Source: an uncultured Candidatus Entotheonella sp.
GTDB lineage: Bacteria; Tectomicrobia; Entotheonellia; Entotheonellales; Entotheonellaceae
DNA: 64,000 bases
Reading direction: 5' to 3'
Assembly (NCBI GenBank): GCA_965215335.1
Contig: CBDCDA010000001.1
Span: 32,001-96,000, forward strand
Shown here: piece after piece, positions 10,298 to 19,650 of the stretch
Layout: every line of letters begins with the position of its first letter
Position numbering within the stretch: the stretch's first letter is position 1
Notes under the pieces: model-generated
What the model saw: only the letters and a program-made list of their open reading frames with translations
What the model was told of the DNA's origin: nothing
Databases searched by the model: none
Translations under genes and position numbers: made by a program

Positions 10298-10963
10298 TCA
10301 AGGCAGGTCTTCCGTATCACGGCGGCCTTCCAGTTCCGCCACGCGGGCCTCCAGCGCCCGCCGCGCCGCCGCTTCTTCCTGGTGCGTCAAGAGGTTCTGC
10401 CCGCTGACCGGGTCGCGAAACCGCAACGCCCCATCGACGAGTCGAAGGTCCAGGCCCAGCACCTCGCTGCGCCTGGTCGGAGCATCATCGTCGCTCGCCG
10501 CACGTTCCGGCAGCGCCACATAGCCACTACCCTGAAGCCGCAGGCCCTGCAGGGGCGGGCTGAAATGATCGCCCGTCGGGTCGTACAGCCAGTATTCCGA
10601 TACCCCCAGCTGCGCGTACAGGTCACGCTTGGGTCCCTGATCCATCTGCCAGGTACTCGGTGAGGCGACCTCCAGCACGAAGTCCGGGGCCTTGGGCTCC
10701 TGCCACAGCAGGTACGATGACCGTTCGTGCTTGGCGGCCCCGAACACCACGAAAACGTCCGGTGCTACGCGGACCTTGTTGTTGCCCTCCTCGTAGTATA
10801 AAAGCAGGTTACCCGAAACGTACACGTCGGGGCGGTCCCGAAAGTGGTTTTTCAGCGCCTCGATCGCGTAGGTCATGATGTCGCGCTGGGAATCGTTTTC
10901 AGCCATGGGCAGGCCATCCGAATCCGGGTAGTCGACCTCCGTCGTCATCACGGCACGTGACAT
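10298..10963 (-). CDS. Uma2 (DUF820) family endonuclease
   Basis: DYPDSDGLPMAE, APDVFVV, PDFVLEVASPST, KRDLYAQLGVSEYWLYDP. Confidence 0.92.
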   Translation of the reverse strand: MSRAVMTTEVDYPDSDGLPMAENDSQRDIMTYAIEALKNHFRDRPDVYVSGNLLLYYEEGNNKVRVAPDVFVVFGAAKHERSSYLLWQEPKAPDFVLEVASPSTWQMDQGPKRDLYAQLGVSEYWLYDPTGDHFSPPLQGLRLQGSGYVALPERAASDDDAPTRRSEVLGLDLRLVDGALRFRDPVSGQNLLTHQEEAAARRALEARVAELEGRRDTEDLP

Positions 10964-11176
10964 GACCTTTTCCTTTCCCGTCCGTCCTGCGGATGGCCAC
11001 CTACCCGCGCTATGGCTTCGACGGCATTCGGCAAGCCGTTCTCGATGCGGCGGACAACCGGGAGGCACTGGAGCGGGTCCCGAGTCTGCCGTGGCAGGTG
11101 CTCATGTCGCCCAAATCGCTTCTCCATTCACTCTGTCCACTTATGATTTTGTCGTGTACAGTGATCCATCCCATGC

Positions 11177-11878
11177 CTACATCGTTCGCCGCAGGTCCCG
11201 GAGTTGGGCTTCCAGAGCTTGCCGGGCCGCCTGTTCTTCCCGCAGGAGGGCTTCGGCTTGCTGACGCGCTTGTGCCTCTTCCCGATAGCTCCGAAGGAAC
11301 GCCTGACGCACCAGATCATAAAAGCGCAGCACGTCTCGCGCCGCTGCCCCCGGTGTCAGGTGCAACTCCAGCCCCAGGGTCTCGCTGCGCGCCGTCAGGG
11401 TGCCGTCTTCCCGTGTCGTAGCAGGTATCGGCGCATAATGTCCCTCGACCAGCCGGAAGCCCTGCAGGGGCGGGTCGAGGTAGTCCCCCACCGGGTCGCA
11501 CTGCCAGTATTCCGACACCCCTAGACGCGCGTATAGGTCGCGTTTCTCACCTTGGTCGATCCGGTACGTGCTCCCGGAGGCGATTTCCAGAACGAAGTCC
11601 GGCACCTTCGGCTCTTCCCACAGGCGGTAGGACGAGCGAATCTGTTTCGATGCGCCAAACACCACCATGAGGTCTGGCGATACCGACTTGCCGGCATCGT
11701 CTTCCTGGTAATACAGCAGCAGGTTACCGACGACGTACACGTCATCCTGTTCCCGGAAGTGCCAATCGAGGGCGGAGCCGACGTAGAGGATGGGCCAGAA
11801 TTGGGATTCGTGTTCGGCCATAGGTAACCCGTCCGAGTCCGGGTAGTCGATGGCCCCGGAAATAACCGCGCGTGCCAT
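11177..11878 (-). CDS. Uma2 (DUF820) family endonuclease, tandem paralogue
   Basis: Same motifs (SPDLMVV, PDFVLEIAS, LGVSEYW) and a coiled-coil tail. Confidence 0.92.
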   Translation of the reverse strand: MARAVISGAIDYPDSDGLPMAEHESQFWPILYVGSALDWHFREQDDVYVVGNLLLYYQEDDAGKSVSPDLMVVFGASKQIRSSYRLWEEPKVPDFVLEIASGSTYRIDQGEKRDLYARLGVSEYWQCDPVGDYLDPPLQGFRLVEGHYAPIPATTREDGTLTARSETLGLELHLTPGAAARDVLRFYDLVRQAFLRSYREEAQARQQAEALLREEQAARQALEAQLRDLRRTM

Positions 11879-11996
11879 GAAGTCGTCCTTTCCTGTTGGC
11901 GTTCAGGGGGGCTGAAAGGTTCGTGCGCAGCCTGCCTTGCAACCCCTGTCGTTCGTGAATTTCCGCCGTAGGCCCTGGGCTTGACGAGACCCATCG

Positions 11997-12746
11997 TCAA
12001 GCATGATACATCATCGCCGCCAGGGCTAGCACCAACGTCTCGCCCATCTCGTTCGTCGCGCCCAGCACGTCCGCGGTGATGCCGCCCAGGCGCTTGCGGA
12101 AATAGGTTTGCAGGCCGAACGTTGCCAGGCTGACCAGGGTGCCGATCAACACCCCGCCGATGCCGCCAAAGCACACGACGATGATGAGCGACCAGGGCAG
12201 GGTGGCAGTGAAATGGTCCCGCCGCCGGGCGCCGCGCACGAACGGCTCGCCGAACCCGCCGCCCGGACGCGCGTAGGCGGAGAAACAGGCCACCTGAACC
12301 ATCGCATAGCGGCTCAGGGTGCCCAGCAACACCAATGTCAACAGCATGCCCTCGTCGGGCGCGACGCTGAGGCAGGCGAACTTGATCAGCAGCACCAGCG
12401 CCACGCTCGTGACGCCCATCGTACCGAGGTGTTGCTCCTTGAAGATGCGGAGGGTCGTCTGGCGGTCGTGGCCGCCGCTCAGGCCGTCCATGGTGGCGGC
12501 GAGGCCGCTGAGGTGCACGCCGCCGGTCACCAGGCAGAGGCCAGTCAGGAGCAGGGCGGCCACAACCGGCGGCGGAAAGACGTACGCGAGCAGCAGGTAG
12601 AGACTCCATAACGCGCAGCCGATACCGGCGCCGACGAGCGGATAATACGCCATGGCGCTGCCGGACAACTCCGGCGTCCCCCTGTCCGTTGCCCGCAGCG
12701 GATAGACCGTCAGGAGTCCGAGGGCGCGCCGCAAATCGTCTACCAT
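11997..12746 (-). CDS. cobS: Adenosylcobinamide-GDP ribazoletransferase (cobalamin synthase)
   Basis: YPLVG, TGGVHLSGLAATMDGL, GTMG, LGGITADVLGATNE. Several usual Asp/Gly positions are substituted. Confidence 0.8.
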   Translation of the reverse strand: MVDDLRRALGLLTVYPLRATDRGTPELSGSAMAYYPLVGAGIGCALWSLYLLLAYVFPPPVVAALLLTGLCLVTGGVHLSGLAATMDGLSGGHDRQTTLRIFKEQHLGTMGVTSVALVLLIKFACLSVAPDEGMLLTLVLLGTLSRYAMVQVACFSAYARPGGGFGEPFVRGARRRDHFTATLPWSLIIVVCFGGIGGVLIGTLVSLATFGLQTYFRKRLGGITADVLGATNEMGETLVLALAAMMYHA

Positions 12747-12956
12747 AGCCTTTATCTCCCCTTTGGAACAGGCCGTCATGTTAGAGGGCTGACCCGCTGC
12801 TGACAAGGCCGGAACGCCGCATCCGGGAAGCTGTCGGGACGTCGGACAACACGCGCTGGCGCTCGTGCTACCCTATCTTATATATGCTCGACTTCGCACT
12901 TCGCTTGCCGGGGGCGCACGAAACCCCGCATGACCCAATCAGAGAGGAGGAACGCC

Positions 12957-13862
12957 ATGCGCAAACCCGCCGTCAGCCTGGCCGCCGTTGCCGGGCGTCG
13001 CCAGGCCACCTTGGAACTCGCCCAGCGTCTCGAACGGGAAGGCTTCAGCGGCATTTATTGTCCCAGCTTTGGCGACGGCATGGGGCTCTGCGAAGCCCTC
13101 GCTCTGGTGACCAAGGAGATTCCATTCGGCACCAGTATTGCCAACATCTACACGCGCCATGCCTACGACTATGCCCTGAGCGCGACGCTCATCCACGAGC
13201 TGTCGGGTGGGCGCTTTCGCTTCGGCATTGGCGTCAGCCACGCGCCGGCCCACGCCCGCCTGCAGGTGCAGGTCGGCAAGCCGCTGAGCGACATTCGGCA
13301 ATTCGTGTCAGACTTGCAAACCGGCGCCCGGCGCAACGGCGACCTGCCGCCCATCGTGCTGGCTACCTTGCGTCGGAAAATGGTGCAGTTAGCGTCGGAA
13401 ATCGCCCAGGGCGCGGTGTGGGCCAATGCCGCCCGGTCGCACATGGCCGCGTCGCTCGGCTACCTGTCGCCGGCCGCCCGCCAGGCCCCGGAATTCTTCC
13501 TCGGCAACATGATTCCGATCTGCATCGACGACGACAAAGCCGCCGCAGCAGCCGTGAACCGGCGGACCCTCACCGGCTACGTGCGCCTGCCGAACTATCA
13601 GAATTACTGGATCGAAGCCGGGTTTGAGGACGAGATGACGGCGATTCGGCAGGCCATCGCCAACGGCGAGGACGACAGGATTCCGGATCTCATGTCCGAC
13701 CGCTGGCTGCAGCAGGTCACCCTGTACGGCAGCGTCGCTGCCGTACGCGAGGGCATGGAAGCCTGGTACGACACCGGTATCAATACGCCCATCGTCGTGC
13801 CGTCGTCCACAAAGGGCGGCCAGATGGTGGCGTTCCAGGAACTCCTGGAAGCCTGGCGATAA
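12957..13862 (+). CDS. LLM-class flavin-dependent oxidoreductase
   Basis: FGTSIANIYTR and LSGGRFRFGIGVSH luciferase-like motifs. Confidence 0.88.
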   Translation: MRKPAVSLAAVAGRRQATLELAQRLEREGFSGIYCPSFGDGMGLCEALALVTKEIPFGTSIANIYTRHAYDYALSATLIHELSGGRFRFGIGVSHAPAHARLQVQVGKPLSDIRQFVSDLQTGARRNGDLPPIVLATLRRKMVQLASEIAQGAVWANAARSHMAASLGYLSPAARQAPEFFLGNMIPICIDDDKAAAAAVNRRTLTGYVRLPNYQNYWIEAGFEDEMTAIRQAIANGEDDRIPDLMSDRWLQQVTLYGSVAAVREGMEAWYDTGINTPIVVPSSTKGGQMVAFQELLEAWR

Positions 13863-13905
13863 GGAGGGGGAGGAGACCGACATGGCGGCGTCCCGTTCGT
13901 GATGC

Positions 13906-15282
13906 TTATTGTGTGTTGACCGTCGCAATGACCGACATGCCCGGACGCAGCGTGACGCCGGGGGATGACGACGGCTGGATGCGGATTTTGACGGGTACGC
14001 GCTGCACGACCTTGACGAAATTGCCGGTGGCGTTTTCGGGCGGCAGCAGGCTGAAGACCGCGCCCGTGCCGGGGCTGAGACTTTCCACGGTGCCGGAAAA
14101 GACCTCGTCGGGGTAGGCGTCCACCCGCAAGGTGGCCCGCTGTCCGGGACGCATGTGTTGCAGTTGGGTTTCCTTGAAGTTGGCCTCCACCCACACTTTC
14201 TGTATCGGTACCATGGCCAGCAGCGGCCGGCCGGGCTGCACGACCTGTCCCACCTCCAGGTTTTTCTTGGCGACCACACCGGCGGCAGGGGCCTTCAGCG
14301 TGGTGTATTGCAATTGCAGCCTGGCGTAGGCAAGGTCCGCCTCGGCCTGTTGCAAGAGGGCCTGCGCCACCTTGACTTCCGCCTCCTGAATGGTGACGTT
14401 CTGACGCTGCGCCTGCGAGCCCTCCAGCAGGGCCTGCGCTTCCGCTACCAGGGCCTCCTCCCGCTGTACCGTCTGTTGCTGCCGACGCAAGTCGACCCCG
14501 GCGCGTTCCAGTTCGCTGCGTGTCTGTCGCAGGTGCTCTTCCTTGGCGCGTTTTTCAGCCCTCGCTGCCTGCAACGCGCTGTTCGCCTGATCGAATTGTT
14601 GCTGCGCCACCACGCCGTCGTTCAAAAGATTTTGCACGCGCTCGAAACTGGTCTGGGCCATGGCGACGTGCACGTCCTGGGTGTCCACGTCGGCCTGGGC
14701 AGCGGCTACGGCGGCCTCCCACGTGCGCAAATGCGCCTCGGCCTTTTCGGCGCCGTGTTGCGCCTCGCGCAGGGCGCTCTGGGCGGCCAGCAGGGTGGCA
14801 CCGGTACGAACCGTGTCATTGCTGGTGCTGTCTTGCGTCAGTTGCACCTGCAGCTCGGCATGCCGAAGGCGTGCTTTCGCCACCGCCACCATGGCCTCCG
14901 CCTGGGCAACCCGGGCGCCGAAATCGTCGGGGTCGAGCTCGGCCAGCAGTTGACCACTTTCCACCTGTTGGTGTTTGGAGGCGTGCACGGCCATGACGGT
15001 GCCGCTGACGCGGGCGCTGATGGGCACGATATCGCCGATCACGTAGGCGTCATCGGTGGTTTCGTGTGTCTGGTAATAGCGCCACAATTGCAGCCCGTAC
15101 GGCGTGCCGATGGCGATCAGGACAAGGCATAACAGAGGGCCAACGACGCGCTTGCGCAACCACGCGGGGCGGCTGCCAGCCAGCCGGGGTGCGTTGGTGG
15201 GTCCCTCCTTCACGTCCTGTGGGGAAGCGGGGTTGGAAGCGTGCGGGCCGCCCGGTTGGGCACCGCGGCTTTCTTCGGCCAT
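13906..15282 (-). CDS. HlyD/EmrA-family membrane fusion protein
   Basis: TM anchor, TDDAYV, long coiled coil, ANFKETQL, PPENATGNFVKVVQRVPV, LRPGMS. Confidence 0.92.
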   Translation of the reverse strand: MAEESRGAQPGGPHASNPASPQDVKEGPTNAPRLAGSRPAWLRKRVVGPLLCLVLIAIGTPYGLQLWRYYQTHETTDDAYVIGDIVPISARVSGTVMAVHASKHQQVESGQLLAELDPDDFGARVAQAEAMVAVAKARLRHAELQVQLTQDSTSNDTVRTGATLLAAQSALREAQHGAEKAEAHLRTWEAAVAAAQADVDTQDVHVAMAQTSFERVQNLLNDGVVAQQQFDQANSALQAARAEKRAKEEHLRQTRSELERAGVDLRRQQQTVQREEALVAEAQALLEGSQAQRQNVTIQEAEVKVAQALLQQAEADLAYARLQLQYTTLKAPAAGVVAKKNLEVGQVVQPGRPLLAMVPIQKVWVEANFKETQLQHMRPGQRATLRVDAYPDEVFSGTVESLSPGTGAVFSLLPPENATGNFVKVVQRVPVKIRIQPSSSPGVTLRPGMSVIATVNTQ

Positions 15283-15562
15283 TGTGTTGACTCCCTGAGA
15301 CGCATCCCGTTGTTTACGGAACACAATTTCGTGCCCGCCAGAGTTGGCGGGCAATCACAAACAAAGTGTTCTTGTACAGGGTCAAACTTCATGATTCCAC
15401 CACCAACAAGTCTCCCGGCATGGGGGGGCGCACAGTATTCTGCATGCAGACCAGATTGTAAACCGTGATGGCCGTCTCGGTCCCTATTGACTTTTGCCGG
15501 GAAGTCCAAACAATAGCGCCCCGACGCCATCACAATCATCCCCCGCCGTCAGGAGGCAGACC

Positions 15563-17167
15563 ATGGCCACAGTCGCGCAACCCCGACGTTACGGATGGAA
15601 ATCGCTGCTGCTGGCGGGCCTGCTGGCGGTTTGCTGCAATTCCGCCATGGCAGCGGGGGGTACGCTGAAAATCATCCCGCATGCCGATCTGAAAAATACC
15701 GACCCGATCTGGACCACCGCCTACATCACCCGCAACCACGGCTACATGATTTACGACACGCTGTTTTCTCTGGACGCCGATCTGCAGCCGCAGCCGCAGA
15801 TGGTGGATACCTGGGCGGTCAGTGACGACGGCCTGCGCTACACGTTCACCCTGCGCGACGGGTTGCGGTGGCACGACGGCGCGCCGGTGCGGGCGGCGGA
15901 CTGCGTGGCGTCGATCCGGCGTTGGGGCAAGCGCGACGGCATGGGCCAGAAGCTGCTGGAATTCACCCGGTCCCTCGCCGTGGTAGATGACCGCACCTTC
16001 ACGCTGACGCTCACGGAACCGTACGGACTGGTGTTGGAATCTTTGGGCAAGCTGAGCAGCAACGTGCCGTTCATGATGCCGGAACGCCTGGCGAAAATCG
16101 ACGCTTTCACCCAGGTCACCGAGCCCATCGGTTCGGGGCCGTTCGTATTCGTGAAGGACGAGTGGGTACCGGGCAGCAAGGTCATTTACGTCCGCAATCC
16201 CGACTACGTGCCGCGCCCGGAGCCGCCGAGCTTCGCGGCCGGGGGCAAGCGGGTGCACGTCGAGCGGGTGGAATGGCTGTACATCCCGCACCCGGCGACC
16301 GCGCAGGCGGCCCTGGCAGCCGGGGAAGTGGACTACTACGAGCGTCCGCCGGTCGATCTGCTGCCCCTGATGGACCGCGACCCCGGCCTCACTGTGGCGG
16401 TCATCGACCCGCTCGGCACCCAGGGTTGGCTGCGCCCCAACCACCTGCATCCGCCGTTCAACCGCAAGGACGCGCGCCAGGCGCTGCTGTGGATGGTCAA
16501 TCAGGAGGATTACCTGCGGGCGATTGTCGGCGATCCGAAGTTCTGGCGTACCTGCGGCTCGTACTTCATGTGCGGTACGTCGCTCGAGACCGACGCGGCA
16601 TCCGAGGCGCTCGTGCAGCAGGACCTGGACCGGGCCAGACAGTTGATGCAGACGGCCGGCTACGCGGGTGAAACGATCGTGCTCATGGACCCGACGGACA
16701 TCCCGCTTCTCCACGGCGCCTCGCTGGTCACGGCCCAGATGCTGAAAAAGATCGGCGTCAACGTGCAGGTGCAGGCGATGGACTGGAGCACGTTGACGTC
16801 GCGGCGGGTCGAGAAGAAAGCCCCTTCGGAAGGCGGCTGGCACCTGTTTCATACCTGGGCGACGGGCGCCGACGTGGCCTCGCCGGTCAACAACATCGGC
16901 CTGTCGGGTGGCTGCGAGGCGAAAGCCTGGTTCGGCTGGCCGTGCGATGAGCGGCTTGAAAAGCTGCGCGACGACTGGGCGCGGGCCACCGATGCCGGGC
17001 AGCAAAAGGCCATTGCCGAGGCGTTGCAGCGCGTCGCCTACGACAACGTGCCGTACGTCAATTACGGCCAATGGTTCCTGCCGACCGTGTACCGCAAATC
17101 CCTTCAGGGCGTCATCGTTTCCCCGGTGCCGTTCTTCTGGAACATTGTCAAGGCGGAGCAGGGGTGA
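15563..17167 (+). CDS. Peptide/nickel ABC transporter substrate-binding protein (family 5)
   Basis: Signal peptide, IYDTLF, FTLRDGLRWHDG, GSGPF. Confidence 0.92.
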   Translation: MATVAQPRRYGWKSLLLAGLLAVCCNSAMAAGGTLKIIPHADLKNTDPIWTTAYITRNHGYMIYDTLFSLDADLQPQPQMVDTWAVSDDGLRYTFTLRDGLRWHDGAPVRAADCVASIRRWGKRDGMGQKLLEFTRSLAVVDDRTFTLTLTEPYGLVLESLGKLSSNVPFMMPERLAKIDAFTQVTEPIGSGPFVFVKDEWVPGSKVIYVRNPDYVPRPEPPSFAAGGKRVHVERVEWLYIPHPATAQAALAAGEVDYYERPPVDLLPLMDRDPGLTVAVIDPLGTQGWLRPNHLHPPFNRKDARQALLWMVNQEDYLRAIVGDPKFWRTCGSYFMCGTSLETDAASEALVQQDLDRARQLMQTAGYAGETIVLMDPTDIPLLHGASLVTAQMLKKIGVNVQVQAMDWSTLTSRRVEKKAPSEGGWHLFHTWATGADVASPVNNIGLSGGCEAKAWFGWPCDERLEKLRDDWARATDAGQQKAIAEALQRVAYDNVPYVNYGQWFLPTVYRKSLQGVIVSPVPFFWNIVKAEQG

Positions 17168-17185
17168 TTCGACGGTGACCGCGCT

Positions 17186-18127
17186 ATGATGGCCTACCTG
17201 CTGCGACGGCTGCTCGCCACGGTGCCGGTGATGCTGGTGGTCGCGTTGTTCGTCTTTGCCTTGCTGCACCTCAGCCCCGGAGACCCCGCCGCAGTGATTG
17301 CCGGGGACTATGCCTCGCCGGAGGATATCGAACGTATCCGCCACAAGCTCGGGCTGGACGCGCCGCTGCACAAACAGTTGGGCATCTGGTTGTGGCAGGT
17401 CGTGCGGGGAGATTTGGGCACGTCGATCTTCTCCAACCTGCCGGTTTCCAAGCTCATCGGCCAACGCCTGGAACCGACGCTGACGCTCACCGCCTGCACC
17501 ATGCTGCTTGCCGTGCTCCTGGCGGTGCCGATGGGGGTGGTGGCGGCCTGGCAGGCGGGCACCTGGGTTGACCGCGCGGTGATGGTGTTTGCCGTCCTGG
17601 GCTTTTCCCTGCCCGTCTTCTGGCTGGGGTTCCTGTTCATCTTCGGCTTTGCCCTCAAGCTTCAGATTCTGCCCGTTCAGGGCTACGTCAGCCTCCGCGA
17701 GGGGCTGTGGCCCTGCCTGCGGCATCTGGTGCTGCCGAGCCTGACCCTCGGCATGGTGTACATGGCGCTGATCGCCCGCATGACCCGCGCCAGCATGCTG
17801 GAGGTGTTGCGCGAGGACTACATTCGCACCGCCCACGCCAAGGGGCTGAAGCCGCACGCCGTGCTGCTGTGGCACGCCCTGAAAAATGCCTCCCTGCCGA
17901 TCGTCACGGTCGTCGGCGTGGGGGTCGCGCTGCTCATCGGCGGTGTCGTGGTGACCGAGAGCGTCTTCGCCATCCCGGGCCTCGGACGGCTTACGGTCGA
18001 CGCCATTCTGCACCGCGATTATCCCGTCATCCAGGGGGTCATTCTGATTTTCTCCGGCATCTACGTGCTGATCAACCTGTTCGTGGACCTTCTATACACG
18101 GTCCTCGACCCCCGCATCCGCTACTAG
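17186..18127 (+). CDS. Peptide ABC transporter permease (DppB-like)
   Basis: PGDPA, GDLGTS, EDYIRTAHAKGL, DPRI. Confidence 0.92.
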   Translation: MMAYLLRRLLATVPVMLVVALFVFALLHLSPGDPAAVIAGDYASPEDIERIRHKLGLDAPLHKQLGIWLWQVVRGDLGTSIFSNLPVSKLIGQRLEPTLTLTACTMLLAVLLAVPMGVVAAWQAGTWVDRAVMVFAVLGFSLPVFWLGFLFIFGFALKLQILPVQGYVSLREGLWPCLRHLVLPSLTLGMVYMALIARMTRASMLEVLREDYIRTAHAKGLKPHAVLLWHALKNASLPIVTVVGVGVALLIGGVVVTESVFAIPGLGRLTVDAILHRDYPVIQGVILIFSGIYVLINLFVDLLYTVLDPRIRY

Positions 18128-18194
18128 GGCATTGGGAACTGGCGGCTAATCCGACCTGCATCATGAGGTGAAATTCAGGGAACGTGGGCGTCTT

Positions 18195-19076
18195 ATGGTG
18201 ACAGCAACCGCGCAAACCCATGCCGTCGGAGACCAGCCGCGTACCGCGTCCCTCCTGCGTACGCTCAGGCGCAATCCCACCATGGTCGGCGGCGCCTGTT
18301 TCCTGCTTGTCATGCTGGTGGCGGCGATAGGGGCGCCCTGGTTCGGCACCATCGACCCCGAGGAATTGCATCCCATCGACCGGCTGCGCGGCCCGTCGCT
18401 GACGCACTGGTTCGGCACCGACATGTTGGGCCGCGACCTCTACAGCCGCACGGTGTACGGCAGTCGCATTTCGCTTCTGGTCGGGCTGTGCGTGGCGGTG
18501 CTGAGCCTGACGGTCGGACTGGCGGTCGGGTTGCTGAGCGGCTACCTGCGGCATGTCGATACCGTGGTCATGCGGATCATGGACGGCCTCATGGCCATCC
18601 CGGCCATCCTGTTGGCCATCGCCCTGATGGCGTTGATGAACGCCAGCGCGCAGAACGTCATCATTGCCCTGACCATCACGGAAATCCCGCGCGTGGTACG
18701 CCTCGTTCGCGCCCTGGTGCTCAGCCTGCGGGAGCAGGCATTCGTGGAGGCGTCGCGCGCCGTGGGGGCGGGCATCTGTCGGGTGCTGCTGCGGCACGTC
18801 ACGCCCAATACCGTGACGCCGCTCATCGTGCAGGGCACGTACATCTGCGCCTCGGCGGTCATCTTCGAGGCTTACCTCAGCTTTCTCGGCGCCGGCACGC
18901 CGCCGAACATTCCAAGCTGGGGCAACATCATGGCGGAGGGCCGGACGTACGTGCAGATTGCCTTCTGGATCATTCTCTTTCCCGGCCTGTTCCTGGCGCT
19001 CACGGTCCTGGCCATCAACCTGCTCGGCGACGGCCTGCGCGATACGCTGGACCCCAAGCTGGCACGACGCATGTGA
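18195..19076 (+). CDS. Peptide ABC transporter permease (DppC-like)
   Basis: HWFGTDMLGRD, FVEASRAVGA, NLLGDGLRDTLDP. Confidence 0.92.
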   Translation: MVTATAQTHAVGDQPRTASLLRTLRRNPTMVGGACFLLVMLVAAIGAPWFGTIDPEELHPIDRLRGPSLTHWFGTDMLGRDLYSRTVYGSRISLLVGLCVAVLSLTVGLAVGLLSGYLRHVDTVVMRIMDGLMAIPAILLAIALMALMNASAQNVIIALTITEIPRVVRLVRALVLSLREQAFVEASRAVGAGICRVLLRHVTPNTVTPLIVQGTYICASAVIFEAYLSFLGAGTPPNIPSWGNIMAEGRTYVQIAFWIILFPGLFLALTVLAINLLGDGLRDTLDPKLARRM

Positions 19077-19146
19077 GGCAGAAGTACGGATTGGTGGAGG
19101 CGTGTTCAGGGGCAAGACGCTGAACGCCGCCCCTGATCAGGCGGGG

Positions 19147-19650
19147 TTACGACGCGGCCGCTTGCTGTTGCTTGATGAGGTTCATCAACCCGCCGGCGCG
19201 GATGATGTCCATGATTTCCTTGGGGTAGGGCGTGGTCTGGAAGGTGTTGCCGGAGCGCGTGTTCCTGACGATGCCTCGCTCGATATCGAGGGAAATGGTA
19301 TCGCCGTGCCGGAAATCGGCGACCGCTTCCGGCAGTTCGAGCACCGGCAGGCCGATGTTGATGGCGTTGCGGAAGAAGATGCGGGCAAAGGACGACGCGA
19401 TGACCGCGACGATGCCGGACGCCTTGAGCGCCATCGGGGCATGCTCCCGCGATGAGCCGGAACCGAAATTCTCCTCGCCCACCACGACGTCGCCGTACCG
19501 CACGGTCGGCAGGAAATCGCTGTCCAGGTCCTCCATGCAGTGCTTGGCCAGGTCCTCCGGCTCGTTGAACATCATGTAGCGGGCCGGGAGAATCAGGTCG
19601 GTATTGATGTCCCGCCCGTACCGGTATACCTTGGGCTGTGGCTGTGCCAT
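19147..19650 (-). CDS. leuD: Isopropylmalate/homoaconitate-type dehydratase small subunit (short LeuD/HacB type)
   Basis: DINTDLILPARY, NFGSGSSREHA, SFARIFFRNAINIGLP. Start MAQPQPK with RBS AGGAG. Confidence 0.85.
   Translation of the reverse strand: MAQPQPKVYRYGRDINTDLILPARYMMFNEPEDLAKHCMEDLDSDFLPTVRYGDVVVGEENFGSGSSREHAPMALKASGIVAVIASSFARIFFRNAINIGLPVLELPEAVADFRHGDTISLDIERGIVRNTRSGNTFQTTPYPKEIMDIIRAGGLMNLIKQQQAAAS

Noticed and set aside
10964..11176. Short ORFs between the Uma2 paralogues
   Set aside because: No recognisable motif or convincing start on either strand.
12747..12930. Cobalamin riboswitch upstream of cobS
   Set aside because: No B12-box or other conserved riboswitch motifs are recognisable.
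15536..18013. 825-aa antisense ORF and similar long shadow ORFs (38252-40177, 55907-57589, 57405-59087)
   Set aside because: They overlap well-supported genes and are expected from GC-rich codon bias. None has recognisable motifs.
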